Source: an uncultured Lachnospiraceae bacterium
Lineage (GTDB): Bacteria; Bacillota; Clostridia; Lachnospirales; Lachnospiraceae
Direction: 5' to 3'
Length of the DNA stretch: 64,000 nt
Assembly: GCA_910588285.1 (NCBI GenBank)
Contig: CAJUQB010000014.1
Location: 263-64,262 of the forward strand
A program made the translations under genes and the position numbers. Under the pieces are notes generated by a model that was given only the letters and a program-made list of their open reading frames with translations, was not told the DNA's origin and did no database searches. Positions 38,611-51,003 of this stretch are shown here, in pieces (position 1 is the first letter of the stretch; each line of letters opens with the position of its first letter).

Positions 38611-40425
38611 ATGACAGCTATAGACCAGAGCAAAATCAGGAATTTTTGTATTATTGCCCATATAGATCACGGAAAATCAACCCTGGCAGACCGTATCATT
38701 GAGATGACAGGGCTTCTCACCAGCCGGGAGATGCAGTCCCAGGTGCTGGACAACATGGACTTGGAGCGGGAGAGGGGCATTACCATCAAGGCCCAGGCCG
38801 TCCGGATTGTCTATGAGGCCAAGGATGGCCAGGAATATATTTTTAATCTGATCGACACCCCGGGCCATGTGGATTTTAATTATGAGGTATCCAGAAGCCT
38901 GGCGGCCTGCGACGGGGCCATTTTGGTGGTGGATGCGGCCCAGGGGATTGAGGCCCAGACATTGGCCAATGTATATCTGGCCTTAGATCACGACCTGGAC
39001 GTGCTGCCGGTGATCAACAAGATTGACCTGCCCAGCGCAGACCCCCAGCGGGTCATCGACGAGATTGAGGATGTGATCGGCTTAGAGGCCCAGGATGCCC
39101 CCCAGATTTCCGCCAAGACGGGCCTTAATGTGGAAGAGGTGTTAGAGCAGATTGTGGAGAAAATCCCGGCTCCCGGCGGGGATGCGGCCGCGCCCTTAAA
39201 GGCATTGATCTTTGATTCCCTGTATGATTCCTACAAGGGGGTCATTGTGTTCTGCCGGCTGATGGAGGGCACGGTACGGGTGGGCACTCCCATCCGGATG
39301 ATGGCCACCGGGGCTACGGCAGACGTGGTGGAGGTGGGATATTTCGGGGCCGGCCAGTTCATTCCCTGTGAAGAGTTGTCTGCCGGGATGGTGGGCTATA
39401 TTACCGCCAGCCTGAAGAATGTCAAGGATACCCGGGTGGGCGATACGGTGACGGATGCCAGCCGCCCCTGCAGCGAGGCCCTGCCAGGGTACAAGAAGGT
39501 CAATCCCATGGTATACTGCGGCCTCTACCCGGCGGACGGGGCCAAGTACCCGGATCTGCGGGACGCCCTGGAAAAGCTCCAGCTCAATGACGCGGCCCTG
39601 CAGTTTGAGCCGGAGACCTCCATTGCACTGGGATTCGGCTTCCGGTGCGGCTTTTTGGGGCTGCTCCACTTAGAGATTATCCAGGAGCGGCTGGAGCGGG
39701 AATTTAACCTGGATCTTGTCACAACGGCGCCGGGGGTTATTTATAAGGTGTATAAGACCAATGGGGAGGTGATCGAGCTGACCAATCCTTCCAACCTGCC
39801 GGATCCCTCGGAGATTGAGTATATGGAGGAGCCCATGGTCAGCGCGGAGATTATGGTTACCAGCGAGTTTATTGGGGCCATCATGGATCTCTGCCAGGAG
39901 CGGCGGGGCATATACATCAGCATGGAGTACATGGAGGAGACCAGGGCCTTGCTGAAATACGAGCTCCCCTTAAATGAGATTATCTACGACTTTTTTGATG
40001 CCTTAAAGTCCCGCTCCCGTGGCTATGCTTCCTTTGACTATGAGCTGAAGGGCTATGAGAAGAGCGAGATGGTGAAGCTGGATATTCTGATCAATAAGGA
40101 GGAGGTAGACGCCCTGTCCTTTATTGTCCATGCGGGAACGGCCTATGAGCGGGGGCGCCGGATGTGCGAGAAGCTGAAGGAGGAGATCCCAAGGCATCTG
40201 TTTGAGATTCCGATCCAGGCAGCTGTGGGAGGGAAGGTCATTGCCCGGGAGACGGTCAAGGCCATGCGCAAGGATGTGCTGGCCAAGTGCTATGGCGGCG
40301 ATATCACCAGAAAACGGAAGCTTTTGGAGAAGCAGAAGGAGGGAAAGAAGCGGATGCGTCAGGTAGGCAATGTGGAGATCCCCCAGAAGGCATTTATGAG
40401 CGTATTGAAGCTGGACGACCGATAA
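38611..40425 (+). CDS. lepA: elongation factor 4 (LepA)
   Basis: [20 protein letters not shown] and DTPGHVDF are present, and AAGGAGG precedes the start. Confidence 0.98.
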   Translation: MTAIDQSKIRNFCIIAHIDHGKSTLADRIIEMTGLLTSREMQSQVLDNMDLERERGITIKAQAVRIVYEAKDGQEYIFNLIDTPGHVDFNYEVSRSLAACDGAILVVDAAQGIEAQTLANVYLALDHDLDVLPVINKIDLPSADPQRVIDEIEDVIGLEAQDAPQISAKTGLNVEEVLEQIVEKIPAPGGDAAAPLKALIFDSLYDSYKGVIVFCRLMEGTVRVGTPIRMMATGATADVVEVGYFGAGQFIPCEELSAGMVGYITASLKNVKDTRVGDTVTDASRPCSEALPGYKKVNPMVYCGLYPADGAKYPDLRDALEKLQLNDAALQFEPETSIALGFGFRCGFLGLLHLEIIQERLEREFNLDLVTTAPGVIYKVYKTNGEVIELTNPSNLPDPSEIEYMEEPMVSAEIMVTSEFIGAIMDLCQERRGIYISMEYMEETRALLKYELPLNEIIYDFFDALKSRSRGYASFDYELKGYEKSEMVKLDILINKEEVDALSFIVHAGTAYERGRRMCEKLKEEIPRHLFEIPIQAAVGGKVIARETVKAMRKDVLAKCYGGDITRKRKLLEKQKEGKKRMRQVGNVEIPQKAFMSVLKLDDR

Positions 40426-40448
40426 AGCCAGGGGGACAGGTGGAAGAA

Positions 40449-41606
40449 ATGGGAGCAAAGAAACTGGAATTATACCTGCACATTCCCTTCTGTATAAAAA
40501 AATGCGCCTACTGTGATTTCCTGTCCGCACCGGCGGATCAGAGGACAAGAAGCGCCTATGTGGAAGCCCTGATCCGGGAAATCGCAGAAAAGTCACAGGT
40601 CTATAAGGAGTACAGCGTACCGTCTCTCTTTTTGGGGGGCGGTACGCCGTCTGTGCTGTTGGGGGAAGAGATCCTTCGGATTATGGAGGCAGTCTTTTCC
40701 TCCTTTCAAGTGGAGGCAGAGGCAGAGATTACCATAGAATGCAATCCGGGTACATTAAATGAGAAAAAAGCAGCAGACTATAGGAGGGCGGGAATCAACC
40801 GCATCAGCCTGGGCCTGCAGTCGGCAAAGGACCGGGAGCTGGCGCTGCTGGGACGGATCCACAGCTGGAGGGATTTCCTGGAGAGCTTTGGAATCCTCCG
40901 GGCAGCCGGGTTTTCCAACATCAATGTGGATCTCATGTCAGGGCTTCCCTACCAGAGGCTGGAGGACTGGGCCTACAGCCTGGAGCAGACGGTCCGTCAA
41001 AAGCCGGAGCATATTTCCGCCTACAGCTTGATGGTGGAGGAGGGAACGCCCTTTTATCAGCATTTTGGGCAGGATGAGAAACGGCGGGAGGCCGGGGAGA
41101 CGCCAGAGGCCCTGCCGGCCGAGGAGGAGGAGCGCCGGATGTATGGGTGGACAGCCTCTTATTTAAAAACTCAGGGCTATATGCAATATGAGATTTCCAA
41201 TTATGCCAGACCGGGTATGGAATGCTGTCATAATATCGGATATTGGACGCTGGTCAATTATCTTGGCCTGGGCCTTGGCAGCGCCTCTCTGGTGGAGGGA
41301 GTGCGCTTTTCCAATCCCCGTGATCTGTCTGCCTACCTGGCCGGGGATTTTTCTTGTCGGGAACGGGAGGTTCTAAGCCGCGGGATGCAGATGGAGGAAT
41401 TCATGTTCCTGGGGCTTCGGATGCTGAGGGGCGTTTCCAGGGCGGAATTTCGAAGCCGCTTTGGCGTGGAGCCGGAGGCAGTCTATGGCAGCGAAATGGC
41501 CAGGCTGTGCCGCCAGGGGCTTTTGGAGCAGCAGGCGGGATTTTTGCGGCTGACGGAGCAGGGGATCTCTGTCAGCAATTATGTGATGGCCGAATTTATT
41601 AAATAA
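40449..41606 (+). CDS. hemW: radical-SAM heme chaperone HemW (HemN-like)
   Basis: It carries CIKKCAYCDF (CxxxCxxC) and sits in the conserved position after lepA. Confidence 0.9.
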   Translation: MGAKKLELYLHIPFCIKKCAYCDFLSAPADQRTRSAYVEALIREIAEKSQVYKEYSVPSLFLGGGTPSVLLGEEILRIMEAVFSSFQVEAEAEITIECNPGTLNEKKAADYRRAGINRISLGLQSAKDRELALLGRIHSWRDFLESFGILRAAGFSNINVDLMSGLPYQRLEDWAYSLEQTVRQKPEHISAYSLMVEEGTPFYQHFGQDEKRREAGETPEALPAEEEERRMYGWTASYLKTQGYMQYEISNYARPGMECCHNIGYWTLVNYLGLGLGSASLVEGVRFSNPRDLSAYLAGDFSCREREVLSRGMQMEEFMFLGLRMLRGVSRAEFRSRFGVEPEAVYGSEMARLCRQGLLEQQAGFLRLTEQGISVSNYVMAEFIK

Positions 41607-41628
41607 ATCTAAATTTATAAAATAGCTA

Positions 41629-41657
41629 TTGACAAAGAAAAATCAGAGTGTTATCTT
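41629..41657 (+). promoter_or_regulatory. hrcA-grpE-dnaK-dnaJ promoter
   Basis: TTGACA, a 17-nt spacer, then TATCTT. Confidence 0.5.
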
Positions 41658-41670
41658 AAGTACATAGATG

Positions 41671-41697
41671 TTAGCACTCTTGAAAGTTGAGTGCTAA
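41671..41697. promoter_or_regulatory. CIRCE operator
   Basis: TTAGCACTC-N9-GAGTGCTAA, a perfect match. Confidence 0.95.
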
Positions 41698-41730
41698 CAA
41701 GATAAAAACCAAAGCGTTGGGAGTGAGGGA

Positions 41731-42771
41731 ATGCCGGAGCTGGACGAGAGGAAAACAAAAATTTTAAATACGATCATCCGCAATTATCTGGAGACAGGAG
41801 AGCCGGTGGGTTCCCGGACCATTTCCAAGTATTCGGATCTGAATCTAAGCTCTGCCACCATACGAAATGAGATGTCGGATTTGGAGGAGCTGGGCTACAT
41901 CATTCAGCCCCACACCTCCGCAGGCAGGATTCCTTCGGATCAGGGCTACCGGTTTTATGTGGATAACCTGATGGCGGAGAAGGACCGGGAGGTGGCGGAG
42001 ATGAAGGAATTCGTCATCGAGCGCACCGAGAAGATGGAGCAGGTGCTCAAGCAGGTGGCGAAGCTTCTGGCCAACAATACCAATTACGCCACTATGATTA
42101 CGGCTCCCAGCTATCACCGCAATAAGCTGAAGTTCATCCAGCTGTCCCATGTGGATCAGGAGCAGATTCTGGCGGTGATTGTGACAGAGGGGAACATTGT
42201 CAAGAACAAGATGATTTCGGTGGAGGAGACCGTGGACAATGAGACGATGCTGAAGCTGAATATCCTGCTGAATTCCAGTCTCAACGGACTGTCCTTAGAG
42301 GAGATCAACCTGGCGACCATTTCCCGCCTGAAGGAGCAGGCAGGCATCCACAGCAATATTATTTCCGATGTGCTGGACGCAGTGGCAGCAGCGGTGCAGG
42401 AGGATGAGGATCTTCAGATTTATACCAGCGGGGCCACCAATATCTTCAAGTATCCGGAGCTGTCCGATTCCCAGAAGGCAAGCGAGCTGATCTCGGCCTT
42501 TGAGGAGAAGCAGCAGCTGGTGACCCTGGCCAATCAGGCGCTGACCGGGGACGAGGAGCATGGAATCCAGATCTATATCGGCAACGAATCCCCGGTGGCG
42601 ACGATGCGGGACTGCAGCGTGGTGACAGCCACCTATGAGCTGGGGGAGGGGATGCAGGGAACCATTGGTATTATCGGCCCCAAACGAATGGATTATGAGA
42701 ATGTAGTGGATAATTTGAAAACGCTGAAGGTTCAGCTGGATCATATATTTAAGAAATCAAATGACAGTTAA
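41731..42771 (+). CDS. hrcA: heat-inducible repressor HrcA
   Basis: The N-terminal winged HTH is ..YLETGEPVGSRTISK. Confidence 0.96.
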   Translation: MPELDERKTKILNTIIRNYLETGEPVGSRTISKYSDLNLSSATIRNEMSDLEELGYIIQPHTSAGRIPSDQGYRFYVDNLMAEKDREVAEMKEFVIERTEKMEQVLKQVAKLLANNTNYATMITAPSYHRNKLKFIQLSHVDQEQILAVIVTEGNIVKNKMISVEETVDNETMLKLNILLNSSLNGLSLEEINLATISRLKEQAGIHSNIISDVLDAVAAAVQEDEDLQIYTSGATNIFKYPELSDSQKASELISAFEEKQQLVTLANQALTGDEEHGIQIYIGNESPVATMRDCSVVTATYELGEGMQGTIGIIGPKRMDYENVVDNLKTLKVQLDHIFKKSNDS

Positions 42772-42776
42772 GAAAG

Positions 42777-43457
42777 GTGGAGAGCAACGTGGCAGAGAAT
42801 CAGAAGGATATACAGGAGCAGGAAGTAAGAACAGAGGAGGCTGTGGAGCAGGAGACATCCGGCCAGCCGGAGGAGGCAGCAGGCCAGCCAGAGGATCCGG
42901 AACAGACAGAGGACAGCAGCCAGGAGGAGACCGGGACAGAGGAGGCCGCAGCTAAGGAAGAGGCCGCAGAGGGCCAGCCGGAGAAAAAGAAAAGCCCCTT
43001 CAAGAAAAAGGAGAAAAAGGACAAGGCGGCGGAACAGATCGCGGAGCTGAATGATAAGGTAAAACGCCAGATGGCGGAATTCGATAACTTCCGCAAGCGC
43101 ACCGAGCGGGAGAAATCCCAGATGTTTGAAATCGGCGCCAAGAGCGTGATCGAGAAGATCCTGCCTGTGATTGACAACTTTGAACGGGGCCTTGGGGCAG
43201 TGCCCGAGGAGAGCCGTGAGGATGGATTTGTCCAGGGCATGGATAAGATCTACAAGCAGCTGATGACAGAGCTTGAGAGCCTGGGCGTGAAACCCATTGA
43301 GGCGGTGGGCAGGGAATTTGACCCGGATTTCCACAATGCGGTGATGCAGGTAGAAAACGACGAGCTGGAATCAGGGACAGTGGCCCAGGAATTGCAGAAG
43401 GGCTACCTGTATCGGGACAGCGTTGTAAGGCACAGTATGGTAGCAGTGGTGCAGTAG
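42777..43457 (+). CDS. grpE: nucleotide exchange factor GrpE
   Basis: It has an acidic N-terminus followed by AEFDNFRKRTERE. It uses a GTG start. Confidence 0.95.
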   Translation: MESNVAENQKDIQEQEVRTEEAVEQETSGQPEEAAGQPEDPEQTEDSSQEETGTEEAAAKEEAAEGQPEKKKSPFKKKEKKDKAAEQIAELNDKVKRQMAEFDNFRKRTEREKSQMFEIGAKSVIEKILPVIDNFERGLGAVPEESREDGFVQGMDKIYKQLMTELESLGVKPIEAVGREFDPDFHNAVMQVENDELESGTVAQELQKGYLYRDSVVRHSMVAVVQ

Positions 43458-43501
43458 CACTTTTATTATATAAAACACGTTCATCATTTATTTTATAATA
43501 G

Positions 43502-45382
<1,881 letters not shown>

Positions 45383-45392
45383 GCATCTTGCC

Positions 45393-45509
45393 CGAGTAGG
45401 GGAATTGTTCCCCTGCTCGTCGCGTGGCCCGCATGCTGCGTCAGCAGTAAGCTTCCATATGCGGGCCTGTGCATAAATAGGGTTGGCAGGGCAGTATCCC
45501 TGCCAACCC
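45393..45509 (+). other. three consecutive stem-loops between dnaK and dnaJ
   Basis: The hairpins are at 45393-45419 (11 bp, 1 G-U), 45426-45467 (9 bp) and 45480-45509 (12 bp, perfect: gggttggcaggg/ccctgccaaccc). None has a clear T-run. Confidence 0.7.
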
Positions 45510-45536
45510 TTGTAGACGGTAAAGAGGGAGTAAGCA

Positions 45537-46727
45537 ATGGCAGAGCAGAAGAGAGATTATTATGAGGTCTTAGGCGTTGACAGGAACGCCGACGACGCAG
45601 CATTGAAAAAGGCATACCGTGTACTTGCCAAGAAATACCATCCGGATATGAATCCGGGAGATGCGGAGGCAGAGAAGAAGTTCAAGGAGGCCTCGGAAGC
45701 CTATGCAGTCTTAAGCGATCCGGACAAACGGCACCAGTATGACCAGTTTGGCCATGCGGCCTTTGAGGGCGGCGGTGCAGGAGGAGCAGGGGGCTTCGAC
45801 TTCTCGGGTATGGATTTCGGCGATATATTCGGCGATATATTTGGTGATTTATTTGGCGGCGGGAGAAGGCGTTCCGCAGACAACGGCCCACGCCGGGGCG
45901 CGAACTTACGGGCAGTGATCCGGATTACCTTTGAGGAGGCAGCCTTTGGCTGTGAGAAGGAGATTGAGATCACCTTAAAGGACGACTGCTCCACCTGCCA
46001 CACCACCGGCGCCAAACCGGGGACATCTCCGGAGACCTGCGGCAAGTGCGGGGGCAAGGGCAAGGTGGTTTATACCCAGCAGTCCTTCCTGGGGATGGTT
46101 CAGAATGTGCAGACCTGCCCGGACTGCGGCGGAACCGGCAAGATCATTCGGGAGAAATGCCCGGACTGCCGCGGCACCGGCTATGTCGCCAGCCGCAGGA
46201 AGATCAAGGTATCAATCCCGGCCGGAATCGACGATGGACAGAGCGTAAGGATTCGGGACAAGGGAGAACCGGGAACCAATGGAGGGCCGAGAGGCGATCT
46301 GCTGGTGGAGGTGAATGTGTCCAGACACCCGATTTTCCAACGGCAGGATATGAATGTTTACTCCACTGCACCGATTTCCTTTGCACAGGCAGCCCTGGGC
46401 GGCGAGGTGAAGATCAGCACCATTGACGGTGATGTGCTTTACGATGTGAAGCCGGGAACTCAGACAGATACCAGGATCCGCTTAAAGGGCAAGGGCATTC
46501 CCTCTCTGCGGAACAAGGCGGTGCGGGGGGACCATTATGTAACCCTGGTGGTGCAGGTGCCCACGTCCTTGAGCAGCGATGCCAAGGAGGCGCTTCGCAA
46601 GTACGATGCATTGGCTGGCAACAGCCTGAAGAGCCAGAGCGGCGCTGCAGACGGCGGCGGGAAGGAAAAGCATGGGAAGAAGAAGGGATTTATGGATAAG
46701 CTGAAGGAGTCCCTGGAAGATATATAA
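45537..46727 (+). CDS. dnaJ: co-chaperone DnaJ
   Basis: It has a J-domain (HPD), a G/F region and four CxxCxGxG motifs. Confidence 0.98.
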   Translation: MAEQKRDYYEVLGVDRNADDAALKKAYRVLAKKYHPDMNPGDAEAEKKFKEASEAYAVLSDPDKRHQYDQFGHAAFEGGGAGGAGGFDFSGMDFGDIFGDIFGDLFGGGRRRSADNGPRRGANLRAVIRITFEEAAFGCEKEIEITLKDDCSTCHTTGAKPGTSPETCGKCGGKGKVVYTQQSFLGMVQNVQTCPDCGGTGKIIREKCPDCRGTGYVASRRKIKVSIPAGIDDGQSVRIRDKGEPGTNGGPRGDLLVEVNVSRHPIFQRQDMNVYSTAPISFAQAALGGEVKISTIDGDVLYDVKPGTQTDTRIRLKGKGIPSLRNKAVRGDHYVTLVVQVPTSLSSDAKEALRKYDALAGNSLKSQSGAADGGGKEKHGKKKGFMDKLKESLEDI

Positions 46728-46733
46728 GAAAAA

Positions 46734-46783
46734 GGGGCTGTCACACTCCCGATTGTTCAATCGTTCGTGCGACAGCCCCTTTT
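46734..46783. terminator. bidirectional terminator (dnaJ / glgX convergent)
   Basis: AAAAA-ggggctgtc ... gacagcccc-TTTT, with a large loop. Confidence 0.65.
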
Positions 46784-46784
46784 C

Positions 46785-48881
46785 CTATAGATGTGTTCTG
46801 GTAGTCAGTACCATTGTGGAGCGGGGGTCCATACGGACGTGATGATCTTCGATCAATACTGCTTCGCCGTCTGTTGGAATACCCTGAGGGAGAATGGTCT
46901 TGGCGGAGTCCGCTTCCAGAGACCACTCCATGGGATGGGGAAGGTCGGGAAGCCAGAATTCCTGCGGTTCCCAGAATACGTTAATGGCCAGAAGAACCAA
47001 ATCGTCTCCCGTATTATCGGAATTCCGCCCGGCATATATCACCCGCAGCACCTGAGTGGATGAGTCAGGTCCCATAACCTGGATTTCCGGATATCGCATG
47101 GAACAGTTTCCGGAAAAACGGCGTATAACGTCATGGGTTTGGCGAAACCGTATCAGGTGTTTTACATATTCAAAATGTTCCCGGTTTTTCTTCAAGTCCT
47201 CCCAGTTCAGCCAGGAAATTTCATTGTCCTGACAGTAAGCGTTATTGTTTCCGAATTGTGTGTTCAAAAATTCATCCCCGGCTAAAAACATCGGTGTTCC
47301 CCGGCTCATCAACAGGACGGTCATGGCATTTTTGGCCAGCTTTTGCCGCAGAGAAAGGACTTCTGCATCCTCGGTATCCCCTTCAACGCCGCAGTTCCAG
47401 CTTAGGGTCTCGCCGCCGTCGGTATTGTTCCAGCCGTTGGCTTCGTTGTGTTTCATATTATAGGAATACATGTCCCATAAGGTGAATCCGTCGTGGCAGT
47501 TTAAAAAATTGATGGAGGCATTGTATCCCCGGCTGTTGGGGTCATACAAATCCGGCGAACCGAGGATGCGCTTGGCGGCGGTGGAAGCGAGCCCTAAGTC
47601 GCCCTTTAGGTAATTGCGCATGTCATCCCGGTATCTGCCGTTCCATTCCGCCCAGCGGTTCCATGCGGGAAAGCTGCCTACCTGATACATGCCGCCTGCG
47701 TCCCATGCTTCGGCGATCAGCTTCACGTCCCCCAGAATGGGATCAAAGGCAAGGCTCTGCAGAAGCGGCGGGCTGCTCATGGGGGTGCCGTCCTCGTTGC
47801 GCCCCAGGATGCTGGCAAGGTCAAAGCGGAACCCGCTTACATGATAGGTAATGGTCCAGTATCTTAAGCATTCCAGGATCATCTGATGTACGATGGGGTG
47901 GTTGCAGTTGAGGGTGTTGCCGCAGCCGCTGAAATTGTAGTAGTAGCCGTCCGGGGTGAGCATGTAATAAATATTGTTGTCAAATCCCTTGAAGGAAAAG
48001 CTTGGTCCCAGTTCATTTCCCTCGGCGGTGTGGTTGAACACCACATCCAAAAAGCATTCGATACCGTTTTCATTCAGTTCTTTAATCAGGGTTTTGAGCT
48101 CCGCACCTTCACGGTTGTATTCGGTCACTCCCGCATAACTGGTATTGGGGGCGAAAAAGCTTACGGTGTTATAGCCCCAATAATCCACCAGCAGCTTGCC
48201 GTCCACCATCCGGCTGTCCTTCATTTCATCAAATTCAAAAATCGGCATCAGTTCCACTGCGTTGACGCCCAGCTCCTTCAGGTAGGGAATCTTTTCCCGC
48301 AGGCCTGCGAAGGTGCCCGGATGGGTTACTCCGGAGGAGGAATGCTTGGTGTACCCCCGGGTATGGACCTCGTAGATGACCAAATCCTCCATGGGAATCA
48401 GAGGTCTTGCTTCTTTTCCCCAATCAAAATCATCCTTTACCACCCGGGCCTTATAGAAGGTCCCCTTGTTGGGGGAATGCCCCCAGACACTCTGGCCGGT
48501 GACGGCCTTTGCGTAAATGTCCAAAAGGATATTCTTCTTGTCGAACAGAAGTCCCTTGGAAACATCATAAGGGCCGTCGAGACGGTAAGCATACTCGAAA
48601 TCTTCGATATTCAGGCCGAACACGATCATGGAATACACCTTTCCCACCCGGTAATGCTCGGGGAAGGGCAGGACGGCATAGGGTTCGTTTTCCTCACGGT
48701 GGAACAGGAGCAGTTCGCAGTATGTAGCCTGAAAGGAATGGACGGTAAAATTGACGCCTACCGGGATAGCGGTGGCCCCGTTTAGTTCGTATAAGCCGGG
48801 CCTTACGTCAAAACCCGCGATTTTATCCATGGGGATCATGTGGATACTTCCCATGGAGCTGATGATTTTCTCGTCTTTCAT
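46785..48881 (-). CDS. glgX: GH13 glycogen debranching enzyme (GlgX/isoamylase type)
   Basis: It has a CBM48-like N-terminus and the GH13 regions DVVFNHT, GFRFDLAS, EAWD and FLNCHD. Confidence 0.9.
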   Translation of the reverse strand: MKDEKIISSMGSIHMIPMDKIAGFDVRPGLYELNGATAIPVGVNFTVHSFQATYCELLLFHREENEPYAVLPFPEHYRVGKVYSMIVFGLNIEDFEYAYRLDGPYDVSKGLLFDKKNILLDIYAKAVTGQSVWGHSPNKGTFYKARVVKDDFDWGKEARPLIPMEDLVIYEVHTRGYTKHSSSGVTHPGTFAGLREKIPYLKELGVNAVELMPIFEFDEMKDSRMVDGKLLVDYWGYNTVSFFAPNTSYAGVTEYNREGAELKTLIKELNENGIECFLDVVFNHTAEGNELGPSFSFKGFDNNIYYMLTPDGYYYNFSGCGNTLNCNHPIVHQMILECLRYWTITYHVSGFRFDLASILGRNEDGTPMSSPPLLQSLAFDPILGDVKLIAEAWDAGGMYQVGSFPAWNRWAEWNGRYRDDMRNYLKGDLGLASTAAKRILGSPDLYDPNSRGYNASINFLNCHDGFTLWDMYSYNMKHNEANGWNNTDGGETLSWNCGVEGDTEDAEVLSLRQKLAKNAMTVLLMSRGTPMFLAGDEFLNTQFGNNNAYCQDNEISWLNWEDLKKNREHFEYVKHLIRFRQTHDVIRRFSGNCSMRYPEIQVMGPDSSTQVLRVIYAGRNSDNTGDDLVLLAINVFWEPQEFWLPDLPHPMEWSLEADSAKTILPQGIPTDGEAVLIEDHHVRMDPRSTMVLTTRTHL

Positions 48882-49077
48882 GATTTTGTATCCTTTCCTT
48901 TTCGTGAATATGATTTAAGTATAACAAATTTAGAGCTGTAAGGAAAGAAAAATTGTGTGATAATTCAGAATAAATGGTGTGTCTGTTACTTTTTACGGGT
49001 CAGGAATGCGCACTAGCTGCGCAGGGTCTGCCCCAGCGAAGCGAGGGTATTCCGTGAGAACATGATTCAGGAGTGAG

Positions 49078-49125
49078 GGGCTGGATGCGTTACAGTTCGC
49101 GGCCGGTCACGCCGTGAATTGTAAC
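49078..49125 (+). repeat. 48-nt structured repeat, copy B
   Basis: gggctggatgcgttacagttcgcggccggTCACgccgtgaattgtaac. It ends 26 nt upstream of the -35 of the next gene. Confidence 0.9.
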
Positions 49126-49151
49126 AGAATGCCTGCAGTTTTAGAAAATCC

Positions 49152-49180
49152 TTGCGAAACAATACCCAATTGGGTATAAT
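49152..49180 (+). promoter_or_regulatory. promoter of the AAA-ATPase/nuclease gene
   Basis: TTGCGA, a 17-nt spacer, then TATAAT. Confidence 0.55.
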
Positions 49181-49236
49181 TTAAGGAAGTATTTTGGGAG
49201 AATTCTGTGAAATCGTGGGAAGGGGGCGAACTGCTC

Positions 49237-50817
49237 ATGGCTAGGTTTTTTAATACAGATGGCTCTTGCGATCCTAAGCTGAATTATATGGTAGATCTAT
49301 CGGTGCGTTTGAAAGACATCAGGAAAATGGTAGATGCCGGGAAATATTTTACTATCAACCGGGCCAGACAATATGGAAAGACTACTATTTTAACGGCGCT
49401 CCATGATGATCTGGAACAGAGCTATCTGGTGATCAGCCTGGATTTTCAGACCATCAGCTGTGCTGATTTTGCGTCAGAGCAGAGCTTTGTTACTGCTTTT
49501 TCAAGGGAGCTTTTGGATTGTGCACAGAATCTTTCGGGCAGAGTGAAGGAAAAGTTGGAGCAATATGCAGCAGGTGTGAGAAAGGAAACGACGCTTTCCG
49601 TATTATTTAAGACACTGATGGAGCTGTGCAGAACATCTGATAAAAAGGTTGTTTTGATGATTGATGAGATAGATACTGCTTCCAACAATCAGGTTTTTAT
49701 GGATTTTTTATCACAGCTTCGGGCCTATTATTTAAAGAGACGAAGGACGCCTGCTTTCCATTCTGTAATTCTTGCCGGAGTTTATGATATTCGGAATATC
49801 AGGAGAAAAATCCATCCGGAGGAGGCACACCAGATGAACAGCCCCTGGAACATTGCAGCTGATTTTAATGTAGAAATGGGGTTTTCAACAGAGGATATCT
49901 CCGGAATGCTGCAGGACTATGAAAATGATTATCACATTGGGATGGATATAGAGAAAATGGCTCATTTGCTCTACACATATACCCATGGATATCCGTTTTT
50001 GGTTTCCAGGCTGTGTAAGTTTATGGATGAGAGGCTTCCCGGCAGCCAGGATTATCCGGATCGGGGCAGTGCATGGACAGAACAGGGATTCCTGGAAGCA
50101 GAGAAGATGATGGTAAAAGAGGATAACGCATTGTATGAATCCCTGATCGGAAAGCTGGAATGTTATCCAAAGCTTAAGACGATCCTGTATGAGCTGCTGT
50201 TTCATGGAAAGAATATCCCATATACTGCGACAAACGTCTATTTGAAGGACGCCGCTATGTTTGGATTTATTCGCAATGAGAAGGATATGATGGTAATTTC
50301 CAACCGGATTTTTGAAACAGTGCTGTATAATCATTTTATTTCGGAGGAATTTGCCACCAGCAAAATGTATCATGCGGGTCAGGTTGAGAAAAACCAATTT
50401 ATTGTAGGCGGACATTTAGATATCAGGCGGATCCTGGAGAAATTTATAGAAACCTTCCATGAGCTTTATGGCGAGAAGGATGACAGCTTCCTTGAAAATG
50501 TTGGAAGAAAGTATTTTATTCTTTTTTTGAAGCCAATTATTAACGGCGTTGGGAATTATAGCATAGAACCCCAGACCAGGGATAGTGACCGTATGGATTT
50601 GGTGATTTATTATCGCGGAGAGCAGAACATCCTTGAGCTGAAAATCTGGCGCGGCAATGCATATCATGAACGTGGGGAGCAGCAGCTTATTGGTTATCTT
50701 GATCATTTCCATATGAAGAAAGGCTATATGCTCAGCTTTAATTTTAATAAAAAGAAGGAACCTGGGATCAAAGAGATGGTACTTGGCGATAAAATACTGA
50801 TTGAAGCCGTTGTATAA
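49237..50817 (+). CDS. AAA-ATPase fused to C-terminal PD-(D/E)XK nuclease domain
   Basis: Walker A is RARQYGKTT and Walker B is VVLMIDEID. The C-terminal RMDLVIYY...ILELKIW gives a D...ExK nuclease motif. The gene is AT-richer than its flanks. Confidence 0.8.
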   Translation: MARFFNTDGSCDPKLNYMVDLSVRLKDIRKMVDAGKYFTINRARQYGKTTILTALHDDLEQSYLVISLDFQTISCADFASEQSFVTAFSRELLDCAQNLSGRVKEKLEQYAAGVRKETTLSVLFKTLMELCRTSDKKVVLMIDEIDTASNNQVFMDFLSQLRAYYLKRRRTPAFHSVILAGVYDIRNIRRKIHPEEAHQMNSPWNIAADFNVEMGFSTEDISGMLQDYENDYHIGMDIEKMAHLLYTYTHGYPFLVSRLCKFMDERLPGSQDYPDRGSAWTEQGFLEAEKMMVKEDNALYESLIGKLECYPKLKTILYELLFHGKNIPYTATNVYLKDAAMFGFIRNEKDMMVISNRIFETVLYNHFISEEFATSKMYHAGQVEKNQFIVGGHLDIRRILEKFIETFHELYGEKDDSFLENVGRKYFILFLKPIINGVGNYSIEPQTRDSDRMDLVIYYRGEQNILELKIWRGNAYHERGEQQLIGYLDHFHMKKGYMLSFNFNKKKEPGIKEMVLGDKILIEAVV

Positions 50818-50853
50818 AAACAATGCGTAATGGGAAGCTTATGCAGAAAAGAA

Positions 50854-50897
50854 AAAGCCAGTGGATTTTTTTCGCTGGCTTTCCATTTTTTTGGTGG
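50854..50897 (+). terminator. intrinsic terminator
   Basis: The stem aaagccag ... ctggcttt is followed by a T-rich tract. Confidence 0.6.
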
Positions 50898-51003
50898 GTA
50901 TCAGCCTTTTGTTTTGGCGCATACTATGTCTGCACAGGTCTTTTTTCTGCCTGATAAAAATCCTGTGCAAAATCCAATACGCCAATGAGAAAGGAGCGCC
51001 ACA

